This document shows, one piece after another, positions 37,808 to 46,780 of a DNA stretch of 64,000 nucleotides. The notes beneath the pieces were generated by a model, which was not told where the DNA came from, searched no databases, and worked only from the letters and a program-made list of their open reading frames with translations. This stretch comes from Glycocaulis sp. (lineage in GTDB: Bacteria; Pseudomonadota; Alphaproteobacteria; Caulobacterales; Maricaulaceae), in the NCBI GenBank assembly GCA_046295255.1, contig JBKBNS010000006.1, forward strand, positions 3,580-67,579. Reading direction: 5' to 3'. Every line of letters begins with the position of its first letter. Within the stretch, counting starts at the first letter, position 1. A program made the translations under genes and the position numbers.

Positions 37808-39826
37808 ATGGACGCGATAAACCGGATAATGGCCAGTTGGGAACAGGTGCGGGGCCGGATAGAGGCGCTCGCCACGGATCTGGACGCGCGCGCAGGCTGG
37901 ACAGGCTGGCCACACGGTGGCGGCCTCCATCCGTATATCATCATCGCTCTGGCACTGCTGGTCACGCTGAACGGCGCGGCCTTCTCGCCCATCTGGATGC
38001 CGCAGATCATCTCGGCCGATCTCGACCCGTCCTGGATGGCGGTATTCAACGCGCTCGCCTTCTCCGACACCGATTTTGCGCACGGGCTGGTCTACACTTA
38101 CGGCCCGCTCGGCTTCCTGCCTGCCCAGCTCTACTGGCCAGACACCTACGCGCTGCAGATCATCTGGTGGATGGTGCTGGCCGCCTCGATAGGCTGGGGC
38201 TTCTTCGCCTTGTCCTTTACCGCCCGGCCGGTCTTCGCGCTTGTAGGCGCGCTGGGTTTGTGTGTCTTTGCCTTCCTCGTCACTGACCGCGATGCGTGGA
38301 TGCTGGCGGGGCTGGCAGGGCCTGCCTTTGGCGCGGCGCTGGGCGCAGGCCCCCGGGTGCGCGCCGTGTCGGCAGTGTTCTTCGTGGCCATTGCGAGCGT
38401 GATGGGGCTGACGAAGTTCACCTTCTTCCTGTGCGCGCTCGGCATGGCGGTGGCGCTCGATTTTGCGCGCTGGCAGGCCTATCGCGCCTGGCCAGTGCTG
38501 ACGGCTGCATGGCTGGTTTCAACACTCATCCTGTGGACGCTGCTGGGGCAGGACCCGCTGCAGTTTTTCGCCTTTGTCGGCTCAAGGCTGGAAATCTCGT
38601 CCGGCTATGCCGAGATCCTCGCCCTGACCGGCCCGACGAGCGAAATCGTGCTGTTCCTGCTTTGCTGCATGGCGCTCGCCGCCCTGCTCTTTATCGGGCT
38701 CGACAACACGTCCTGGCCGGCGCGCCTCGGGGTGATCGTGCTGTGTGCGGTGCTGCTCTACATCGCCGCCGGCACCGGCTTCATCCGGCAGGAATACCGG
38801 CTGTCGGCCAGCGAGACCTTCCTGATCGTCGGCGGGCTGGGCGCTGCTGCTCTGCTGGCGCGCAATCGCGCGCTCTATGCGCTTGCCGGTGCGGGCCTGA
38901 TTGTCAGTGCAGTACTGCTGCATGCAGGCGCGATGGCGCTGCGCCCGGAGCACAATATGGGTCAGCGCATGGCGTCCCTGATCCAGCAGGCGCCTGCGCG
39001 CGCCGGGCGGGCCGCCGAGATACTGGGAGGCCGCAGCGCCCTGCCCCGGCGCCATGAAGCGGCAATGCGCCGTATCCGGCGCGATTACCGCTTCCCGAGG
39101 CTCGAAGGCACGGTGGATTATCTGGGTTTGCGCAATGCGGTAGTGCTGGCCCACGGCTATGAATGGGGGGCAAGGCCGATCTTTCAGGACTATCAGGCCT
39201 ATAACCGGGCGCTGAACCGGCGCAACGGGGATTTCTATGCCTCTGACGCCGCGCCGGATCATATCCTTGCCGAGCTGATGCAGTTCAGCGGCGCGCCCGG
39301 CATGCTGCTGGACTCTGAGAGCTATGCGCAATTGCTGGCGCGCTACCGCCACGTGCGCACCCGGCGCGGGGTCAGCCTGTATACGCGCTGCGAAACGCCA
39401 TCGGCTCTGACCCGGACCGAGCTTGCCAGCACCACCCTGCGCTGGGGCGAGACCTATGAGTTGCCGGACACGATTACCGGGCCGGTGTGGATGGAAACCG
39501 ATATCGAGGTCAGCCCGCTTGGCCGTCTGGCCGGCGCGTTCTTCAAACGCCCGTCCAACTACCTCTTCGCGCGCCTGTCAGACGGTACTGAGGCCGGATA
39601 CCGTGCCGGGCCATCTTCGCTGGGGGCGGGCTTTCTCCTGTCACCGCGGATCGACACACAGCAGCAGCTGTCAGCCGCCTCCCGCCGCGGCCTCGATTCC
39701 CTGATGGCGGAACGCCAGGTGGAGACGGTGCGCTTTGAAGCGGCACCGCCCTTCGTCAGCCTCCTGTATGGGCGCATTCAGGTGCGGCTCTACAGCTTCG
39801 AGCTTGAACCCGGCCGCTGCACCTGA
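37808..39826 (+). CDS. Polytopic membrane protein, probable GT-C glycosyltransferase
   Basis: DLDPSW motif after TM1, YTYGPLG, about 11-12 hydrophobic segments and a large C-terminal soluble domain. Confidence 0.65.
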   Translation: MDAINRIMASWEQVRGRIEALATDLDARAGWTGWPHGGGLHPYIIIALALLVTLNGAAFSPIWMPQIISADLDPSWMAVFNALAFSDTDFAHGLVYTYGPLGFLPAQLYWPDTYALQIIWWMVLAASIGWGFFALSFTARPVFALVGALGLCVFAFLVTDRDAWMLAGLAGPAFGAALGAGPRVRAVSAVFFVAIASVMGLTKFTFFLCALGMAVALDFARWQAYRAWPVLTAAWLVSTLILWTLLGQDPLQFFAFVGSRLEISSGYAEILALTGPTSEIVLFLLCCMALAALLFIGLDNTSWPARLGVIVLCAVLLYIAAGTGFIRQEYRLSASETFLIVGGLGAAALLARNRALYALAGAGLIVSAVLLHAGAMALRPEHNMGQRMASLIQQAPARAGRAAEILGGRSALPRRHEAAMRRIRRDYRFPRLEGTVDYLGLRNAVVLAHGYEWGARPIFQDYQAYNRALNRRNGDFYASDAAPDHILAELMQFSGAPGMLLDSESYAQLLARYRHVRTRRGVSLYTRCETPSALTRTELASTTLRWGETYELPDTITGPVWMETDIEVSPLGRLAGAFFKRPSNYLFARLSDGTEAGYRAGPSSLGAGFLLSPRIDTQQQLSAASRRGLDSLMAERQVETVRFEAAPPFVSLLYGRIQVRLYSFELEPGRCT

Positions 39827-39916
39827 CGCGGGACACGCCCCGAACTGGCGGGTGGGCTATCCACACCGGGCTGGCGCATACATACTGGCGGCCAACCGAA
39901 CCGGGAAAGGCTGCCC

Positions 39917-40831
39917 GTGCTCAGAACTTTCGCGATAACAGGGCTTTGCGCCGGGCTAGCGGCATGTTCGGCGCAGCCGGACGCGGCGACCGCCTGTCTT
40001 GAGATCAACCTTCCGGATCCCGACCGCCCCGAAGCGGGCATGGTGTGGGTGCCACCCGGCACCGTCCAGCTGGGATCGGAGGATTTCTTCCCCGAGGAGC
40101 GCCCGGTACGCACCGCGGATGTGGATGGGTTCTGGATCGGCATTCACGAGGTTACCAATGGCGAGTTCGCCGCCTTCGTGGAGGCGACCGGATATGTGAC
40201 GCTTGCCGAAAGCGAGGGTGCCAATGCCGGTGGCGGCGCGGTCTTCGGCCCCGGAGTGCAGGTGCGCGACTGGTCAAACATCCGCACCTGGTGGCGGTTT
40301 GACGCGCAGGCAAGCTGGCGCAGGCCGCAGGGCGGGCGCAGCACGATTGAAGGCCGTGGCAGCCACCCGGTGGTCCAGATCGCCTATGAGGACGCGCTGG
40401 CCTATGCGCGCTGGCGGGGCCACACCCTGCCCTCGGAAGCCGAATGGGAACATGCCGCGCGCGGCGGGCTCGACAGCGAGCCTTATGTCTGGGGACGTGA
40501 AATGCGCCCCGATGGCGCCTATATGGCCAATCACTGGCAGGGAATCTTCCCGCTGGAGGACAGCGGCGCAGACGGCCATGCCGGGCTGGCGCCTGTGGGC
40601 TGCTACCCGCCCAATGGCTACGGGCTCTACGACATGGCCGGCAATGTGTGGGAGTGGACCTCGAGCCTGTGGGGGCGTGAGGGCTTCCGCGTCATCAAGG
40701 GCGGATCATTCCTGTGCTCGGACACGTATTGCCACCGCTACCGCCCGGCGGCGCGGCAGCCCGGAGACGAAACCTTCTCCACCGAACATCTGGGCTTTCG
40801 CACGATCTGGCGCGGGCCTGCGCCAGACTGA
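39917..40831 (+). CDS. Formylglycine-generating enzyme family (sulfatase-modifying factor), predicted lipoprotein
   Basis: EVTN, HPVV, LPSEAEWE, NGYGLYDMAGNVWEW and GGSFLCSDTYCHRYR motifs; LAAC lipobox. Confidence 0.9.
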   Translation: MLRTFAITGLCAGLAACSAQPDAATACLEINLPDPDRPEAGMVWVPPGTVQLGSEDFFPEERPVRTADVDGFWIGIHEVTNGEFAAFVEATGYVTLAESEGANAGGGAVFGPGVQVRDWSNIRTWWRFDAQASWRRPQGGRSTIEGRGSHPVVQIAYEDALAYARWRGHTLPSEAEWEHAARGGLDSEPYVWGREMRPDGAYMANHWQGIFPLEDSGADGHAGLAPVGCYPPNGYGLYDMAGNVWEWTSSLWGREGFRVIKGGSFLCSDTYCHRYRPAARQPGDETFSTEHLGFRTIWRGPAPD

Positions 40832-42595
40832 TCAGCGCTGGCGGCGCATTACGAGGATCACCCCGCCCCCCATCAGCATCACGAAAAGAAGCCCGATCCC
40901 GGCGAGCATCAGGCCATGCTGGTCGAAGAAGGCTTTCCAGCCCAGCGCGGCGATGCGCTCGGCGGCATTGAAACCCTCTGGCACCGGGATCACGCCCACC
41001 CGCGCCTCATAGGCGGCATAGGCGTCCATCATCGAGGCCAGAACCTCCGGCTCAGAGCCTGCAAGATCGCGGGCTTCGCCCGGATCACTGGCCAGGTTGA
41101 AAAGCCGCCATTGCTCGTCGCCGAAGGGCGGCATGCTGCGTACCAGCTTCCAGTCCCCGCGCCACAGGGCGGACATGCCGGACATCTCAAGGCCAACCAC
41201 ATCATCCGGGCCATAAACCGCGTCCGCCTGTCCGGTCAGGACCGGCAGGAGTGAACGCCCGGTTATCGGTTCGCGCCCCGAAAGCGGGCGGGCGCCTGCG
41301 ATATCGAGCAGGGTGGGGGCGATATCGGTGACGAAGCTGAAGCCGGAGACCAGGCCGCGTGTCTCCACGCCCGGCCCGGCGACGATCAGCGGGACGCGCA
41401 ATCCCCCTTCGCCTGCGTGAAACTTGAACAGGGAGAGCGGCGAGGCAGAGGCGGTCGCCCATTCCGGGCCGATAAAGGCGTAAGTCCGCCGTTCGCCGAG
41501 ATTTTCCGGATCGCGCGAATAGCCCTGCATGGCAAGCCACAGGCCGAAGGCCCAATTGTCGGTGGGCCGGTTATACTCCGGGCCATTGTCAGACAGCACG
41601 ATGACCAGCGTGTTTTCCAGCTGGCCTTGTGCATCCAGCCAGTCGATAAGCCGTCCGACATGATGGTCTGCCGCTTCCAGCATGCCGGCGGCCACTTCGC
41701 GGCTGGCAATGGCAAACTCACGCTCGCGCCGGGACAAACCCTCCCAGTCACGCAATCCTGGAGGCTGCTCCGCCAGCTCTGTATTTTCCGGCACCAGTCC
41801 GCGTGCGATGGCGGCGCGGCGGCGTTCCTCGCGCAGCGCGTCCCAGCCCGCATCATAGCGGCCGGCATAGCGCTCGGTGAACTCGCGCGGGGCCTGCAAG
41901 GGGATGTGGTTGGCCTGCAGCGACAGCACGGCCAGGAAAGGCCGGTCCGGATCGCCTTCATCGAGATAGCCGATGAGCCGGTCGGTCAGAAACTCGGATG
42001 AATAGTGCTCGTGGGTGAACGCGAGCACGGGTTCGAAATCCTCCCACCATTCAGCGCGGGTATAGTGGGGCAGATAGGTGCGGTGCTCCCAGTTGTCGGC
42101 GCCCGAAGAGTCCAGAATGAAGCTGCGGTCAAACCCGCGCGCCGCTGGCAGGCTGGTGGGCGAGCGGCCCAGATGCCATTTGCCGGTGATGAAGGACTGG
42201 TAGCCTGCCGCCTGCAGGTGTTCGGCAATGGTGGCGACGGCGGTATTGAGCTCACCCTCATGGCCGAACTGGCCCTGATATTCCGGGATCACCATGTGTT
42301 CGAGGGTGGGAATGCCGGTGCGGTGACTGTCCGCGCCCGTCATCAGCATGGCGCGTGTCGGCGCGCAGGTGGGCGCGACGTGAAAATTGGTGAACTGCGC
42401 GCCCCGCGCCGCCAGTGCATCCATGTTGGGCGTTGATATCTCGCTGCCATAGGCCCCGAGATCGGTGAACCCGATATCATCAAGAATGACGATCAGGATG
42501 TTGGGGCGCTCACTGGCAGAGGCCGGAGCGCCGATTATAGCGAGAACGCAGGCGAGAAGCCCGGCAAGGACGGCTCTAGTTAGGCCAATAGACAT
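40832..42595 (-). CDS. Cys-type arylsulfatase with a C-terminal membrane anchor
   Basis: PNILIVILDD, CAPTR, GKWHLG and SDNG motifs; signal peptide; C-terminal TM followed by RRQR. Confidence 0.9.
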   Translation of the reverse strand: MSIGLTRAVLAGLLACVLAIIGAPASASERPNILIVILDDIGFTDLGAYGSEISTPNMDALAARGAQFTNFHVAPTCAPTRAMLMTGADSHRTGIPTLEHMVIPEYQGQFGHEGELNTAVATIAEHLQAAGYQSFITGKWHLGRSPTSLPAARGFDRSFILDSSGADNWEHRTYLPHYTRAEWWEDFEPVLAFTHEHYSSEFLTDRLIGYLDEGDPDRPFLAVLSLQANHIPLQAPREFTERYAGRYDAGWDALREERRRAAIARGLVPENTELAEQPPGLRDWEGLSRREREFAIASREVAAGMLEAADHHVGRLIDWLDAQGQLENTLVIVLSDNGPEYNRPTDNWAFGLWLAMQGYSRDPENLGERRTYAFIGPEWATASASPLSLFKFHAGEGGLRVPLIVAGPGVETRGLVSGFSFVTDIAPTLLDIAGARPLSGREPITGRSLLPVLTGQADAVYGPDDVVGLEMSGMSALWRGDWKLVRSMPPFGDEQWRLFNLASDPGEARDLAGSEPEVLASMMDAYAAYEARVGVIPVPEGFNAAERIAALGWKAFFDQHGLMLAGIGLLFVMLMGGGVILVMRRQR

Positions 42596-44237
42596 GGTCT
42601 GCATCCGGTTGGGGCTCGGGTCCGAGCGGGATGTCGAGGGTGACAGGCATTTCAGCCAGCGACGGCCAGAGCGGTTCGGCCTGCTGCGCCTCATGGGCTT
42701 CCAGGAGCGCCATCAGGGTGGCCACACGGCCGGGCTCGTCTGCTGAGAGATCGCGGCGTTCGCCCGGATCGTTTTCCAGATCGAACAGCCATATCCGGTC
42801 CGGACGGGCGGAGATTTGCAGCTTCCAACCCTGATGGATGACAGCGCGATAGTGCCCGCTGCGCCAGAACAGGGTCTCATGGGGCGCGCCGCTGGCCTCC
42901 CCGGTGAGGAAGGGCATCAGATCGCGCCCGTCAATCACGCGGTCCTGTGGCAGGTCGACACCGGCAATCGCGGCAATCGTCGGCAGGAGATCGATATGCT
43001 GGGCAAGGCCCGTCATCTCGCTTTCCGGCGCAACGACACCCGGCCAGCGCGCGAAGGTCGGCACACGTATGCCGCCATCAAAGAAGGTCGCCTTCCAGCC
43101 CCGATAGGGATCATTGAGGCCGGGCAGGCCGATATAGTGCGCCCCGCCATTGTCCGAGGTGAAAATGACGAGCGTGTTGTCGGCAAGTCCGTTGGCCTCC
43201 AGCGCGTCCATAACCTCACCCACGCTCCGGTCCAGCGCCCGCGTCATCGCGGCATAGACCCGCAAGGCATGGTCCTCGATATGGGGGAAGGCGTCATAGT
43301 CCTCGCGCCGCGCCTGCAGGGGCGAATGCACCGCCCAGTGAGCGAGATAGAGGAAGAAGGGCCGGTTGCGGTTCGCCTCGATGACGTTGACCGCCTCGCG
43401 GGTGAAATAATCGGTGAGATAGATGTCCGGCGCAAAGCGTGCCCCGCCATCATGGCGCACGGCGGCCCTCCCCATGATCCAGTACATCTGGTCAATGGGA
43501 TCAAACGCCTGCCGCGCTTCCACCACGCCCGGATCACCGGACGGCGCAAACAGAAGGCCCGCCAGATCCAGACTCTCGTCAAACCCTTGCGCGTTGGGCC
43601 GGGATTCGGCCGTGTCGCCCATATGCCATTTTCCGATATGGACATTGTGATAGCCCGCTTCGCGCAGCAGCTCGGCAATGGTGATCTCGCTGCCCGGCAC
43701 GGCCATTTCGGCGAACTCTGCGGCGGGGCCGGTCGCGGGATGGAAAATGAAGGGCGGGTCGGACGGCGCATTGCGCTGCATGCGCGAGATGATGCGCGCC
43801 ATGCCGTTGGGCGTCGGCGTGAACTCATAGCCAAAGCGTGTCGGATAGCGCCCGGTCATCAGGGCCGCGCGTGAGGGCGCACAGGTCGCGCTCGCCGCAT
43901 AGGTCTGCGTCAGTTGCACGCCCTCGCGCGCCAGCCTGTCGATATGGGGCGTCTCAACCGTGCCGTCTGCCAGACCGCCATGCAGGCTGATATTATTCCA
44001 GCCCAGATCATCGGCCACGATCAGCACGATATTGGGCAGGTCGCCGCGCGCCGCCGCTGTGTCAGGGCCTTGCGCCCACTCCACAGGCCGGTTCGGCCCT
44101 ATCGGATCGCGCACATCCTGAATGAGGCCCGGCAGATAGATCACATAGCGGTCAAACGCGAACGCGCCGCCCAGCCCCAGTGCCAGCACGACACCCATGG
44201 CTACAAGGCTGCGCGGGCCGAACGGTCCGATGCGCAT
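42576..44237 (-). CDS. Cys-type sulfatase with an N-terminal anchor
   Basis: PNIVLIVADDLG, CAPSRAALMTGR, GKWH and TSDNG motifs. Confidence 0.9.
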   Translation of the reverse strand: MRIGPFGPRSLVAMGVVLALGLGGAFAFDRYVIYLPGLIQDVRDPIGPNRPVEWAQGPDTAAARGDLPNIVLIVADDLGWNNISLHGGLADGTVETPHIDRLAREGVQLTQTYAASATCAPSRAALMTGRYPTRFGYEFTPTPNGMARIISRMQRNAPSDPPFIFHPATGPAAEFAEMAVPGSEITIAELLREAGYHNVHIGKWHMGDTAESRPNAQGFDESLDLAGLLFAPSGDPGVVEARQAFDPIDQMYWIMGRAAVRHDGGARFAPDIYLTDYFTREAVNVIEANRNRPFFLYLAHWAVHSPLQARREDYDAFPHIEDHALRVYAAMTRALDRSVGEVMDALEANGLADNTLVIFTSDNGGAHYIGLPGLNDPYRGWKATFFDGGIRVPTFARWPGVVAPESEMTGLAQHIDLLPTIAAIAGVDLPQDRVIDGRDLMPFLTGEASGAPHETLFWRSGHYRAVIHQGWKLQISARPDRIWLFDLENDPGERRDLSADEPGRVATLMALLEAHEAQQAEPLWPSLAEMPVTLDIPLGPEPQPDADHVYWPN

Positions 44238-44310
44238 GGACTCTCCTCCCCCGTGTTTCTGTATCCGGCACCGGCCTGTCCGATCAGGGCTTGCCCGGTG
44301 CGCGGAAATT

Positions 44311-44328
44311 ATTATACATATGTATAAT
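44311..44328. promoter_or_regulatory. Perfect 18-bp palindrome, probable TetR operator
   Basis: ATTATACATATGTATAAT in the gap between the divergent sulfatase and TetR genes; contains TATAAT on both strands. Confidence 0.75.
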
Positions 44329-44370
44329 TAAAGCTGCCCGCCTGTCCACCGAAAAGAGATCTGCCGCGTC

Positions 44371-45042
44371 ATGTCCGTACCGCACACCGAGCTTGCGCCT
44401 CCGGCGCGCCGCCCCGGACGGCCCGCAAAGGCGGACCCCGACCAGCAGCGCCAGCAATTGCTGCTGGTGGCGGCGGCCCATTTCGCGCGGGCGGGGTTTG
44501 AGGGCGCCTCGCTCCGGGCCATCGCGGCGGAAGCCGGGCTCGCCCATGGCCTGATCCGGCATTATTTCGGCGCCAAGGACGCGCTGTGGGAAGCCGTGGC
44601 AGGCTATCTGTTCGGGCAGATGCACGAGGCCATGGCCGACGCCATTGCCGGTGTGGACACCCATGATGTGGTAGCGCGCATGGAAGCGCAGGTGCGTGCC
44701 ACGGTGCGCACGGCGGCCCGCATCCCCCACCTCGCCGGCTTCGTGATGCAGGCGGGCATGGCGGGCGGGGAGCGCTATGACTGGCTGGTGGAGCGCTATC
44801 TGCGCCCGGCCTATCAGTTCTCGCTGGAGCCTTTCCATCAATTGCGGGCGCAGGGCCGGGCGGCGTTCATCGACCCGCACTTCATCTTCATGCTGTCCAC
44901 CAATGCGGCGATCGGCCCGTTTGCGCAGGCCGCCAATGCGCGCGCGCTGGCGGGCATGGAGCTGACCGATCCCGGCACCGCCGACGCCTATGCCGATGCG
45001 CTGATTGCCATCCTGAAACACGGCGCGCTGCGCCAGAGCTGA
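44371..45042 (+). CDS. TetR/AcrR family regulator
   Basis: FARAGFEGASLRAIAAEAGLAHGLIRHYFGAKDAL HTH. Confidence 0.9.
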   Translation: MSVPHTELAPPARRPGRPAKADPDQQRQQLLLVAAAHFARAGFEGASLRAIAAEAGLAHGLIRHYFGAKDALWEAVAGYLFGQMHEAMADAIAGVDTHDVVARMEAQVRATVRTAARIPHLAGFVMQAGMAGGERYDWLVERYLRPAYQFSLEPFHQLRAQGRAAFIDPHFIFMLSTNAAIGPFAQAANARALAGMELTDPGTADAYADALIAILKHGALRQS

Positions 45043-45062
45043 CCTGACGAGAAGGACATCCC

Positions 45063-46097
45063 ATGCTGCCCGGCGAATATCTGATTTACGGTTGCGACCC
45101 GTCCTACTTCACCCGCATGGTCGAGGCTGCGGCGCGCTATATGCACATACCCCACAAGGCCCTGCCGAAATCGCCGGATGTACGCGAACGGCTGGAGGCG
45201 CGTGCCGGTACGCACCTCATCCCCGTCATGGAAACGCCGGAAGGGTGGGTCATTCACGACTCCACCTACATCATCCAGCTCTTCGACATGCGCTTCCCGG
45301 ACCGGGCGGTGATACCGCACACGCCGGCCCAGCGCATTTTGTGCCGCGTGATTGATGACTGGATCGATGAATGGTTCACCCGCGCCGCGCTGCACTTCCG
45401 CTGGGTAACAGATGAGGGCGCCCGCGAGGGGGCCTCGGCCATCGCGCGTGATCTCGGCGGCGCGCCGCGGGACCGTGAGCCCAACGCCGAAGAGCAGGCC
45501 ATGTTGCAAGCGGTCGCCGATTTCATCCTGCCCTGGGGGCGCAAGGCGATGGGCGTGATGGCCGCCGGGCCGGACCATCAGGAACAGCTGCGCGCCGAGT
45601 TCGCGGCCTTCCTCAAATTGCTGGAGGCGCACTACGCCGTCATGCCGGGCCTGTTCGGCGAGCGCCTGTCCATGGCGGACCTGAAAATCCTGGGTGCCAT
45701 GAAGGCCCATTTCATCACGGACAGCGTGGCCCGCGCCTTCGTGGCGGAACACGCGCCCGGCCTTATCGGCTGGACAGAGAGCACATGGGAGCGGGTCGAT
45801 AACGGGGAGGCATGGCTCGCCGGGGACGAAATCCCCAAAACCCTCGAACCGCTCTTTCCCCTGCTGCTCGACGGGTTTGGCCGCTTCCTGCCGGAGAACC
45901 GCAGGGCGGTGGAGGCGGGCGAGAAGTGGACGCAGTTCAGTGCCGCGGGGCAGTCTCTGCGCATTCTCACCCGCCCCGACGCGGAGAAGGCCCGTCAGGC
46001 CATCATCGCGGAGATCGCGTCCCTGCCTGCAGACGATGCAAAGCTGGCCAAGGCAGCGCTCGCCAGCCGCGGCCTGCTCTTCCTGTATGAGGATTAA
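45063..46097 (+). CDS. Glutathione S-transferase family protein (long)
   Basis: SYFT, IPV...DST.II and GERLSMAD motifs. Confidence 0.75.
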   Translation: MLPGEYLIYGCDPSYFTRMVEAAARYMHIPHKALPKSPDVRERLEARAGTHLIPVMETPEGWVIHDSTYIIQLFDMRFPDRAVIPHTPAQRILCRVIDDWIDEWFTRAALHFRWVTDEGAREGASAIARDLGGAPRDREPNAEEQAMLQAVADFILPWGRKAMGVMAAGPDHQEQLRAEFAAFLKLLEAHYAVMPGLFGERLSMADLKILGAMKAHFITDSVARAFVAEHAPGLIGWTESTWERVDNGEAWLAGDEIPKTLEPLFPLLLDGFGRFLPENRRAVEAGEKWTQFSAAGQSLRILTRPDAEKARQAIIAEIASLPADDAKLAKAALASRGLLFLYED

Positions 46098-46120
46098 GCC
46101 ATCTCAATGAGGGTTAAGCC

Positions 46121-46780
46121 ATGATCGATCTCTACACCGCGCCGACGCCCAATGGTTGGAAGATTTCCATCGCTCTGGAAGAGCTGGGCCTGCCCTATGA
46201 GGTGAAAGTCCTGCAACTCCAGAAGGGAGACCAGAAAGCCCCGGACTATGTGAAGCTGAACCCCAACGGCCGCATCCCGACAATCGTCGATCACGAGGCG
46301 GGCGGGCGCGTGGTGTTCGAATCCGGCGCGATCCTGCTCTATCTGGCCGAGAAGACCGGCAGGCTGATCCCCGCAGACGATGCCGGGCGCTGGCAGGCGA
46401 TCCAGTGGCTGTTCTGGCAGATGGGCGGGCTGGGGCCGATGCAGGGTCAGGCCAATGTCTTCTTCCGCTATCTGCCGGAGAAAATCCCGCTCGCCATCGA
46501 CCGCTATCAGGGCGAGACGCGCCGCCTCTACGAGGTGATGAATACGCGCCTCGGCGAGGCGCCGTATCTGGCGGGCGAGGCATACTCCATCGCTGATATT
46601 GCGTGTTTCCCGTGGGTGTTCGCCCATTTCTGGGCCGGTGTAAATCTCGATGGACTGGACCACCTCAATGACTGGAAATCCCGGCTGGAGCAGCGCCCTG
46701 CGGTGCTGACCGGGCTTGGCATTCCGCCCCTGCCGGACCTTGCAAAGCTCGCCGATGCCGGGCGGGACATGGTGACGTAA
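46121..46780 (+). CDS. Glutathione S-transferase, YfcG/YghU-like
   Basis: TPNGWK, NPNGRIP, FESGAIL and SIADIA motifs. Confidence 0.9.
   Translation: MIDLYTAPTPNGWKISIALEELGLPYEVKVLQLQKGDQKAPDYVKLNPNGRIPTIVDHEAGGRVVFESGAILLYLAEKTGRLIPADDAGRWQAIQWLFWQMGGLGPMQGQANVFFRYLPEKIPLAIDRYQGETRRLYEVMNTRLGEAPYLAGEAYSIADIACFPWVFAHFWAGVNLDGLDHLNDWKSRLEQRPAVLTGLGIPPLPDLAKLADAGRDMVT

Noticed and set aside
31299-39900. Integrative island at tRNA-Ser carrying the arabinofuranose operon
   Set aside because: No integrase, and no duplicated tRNA 3' end seen by eye; island status is unproven.
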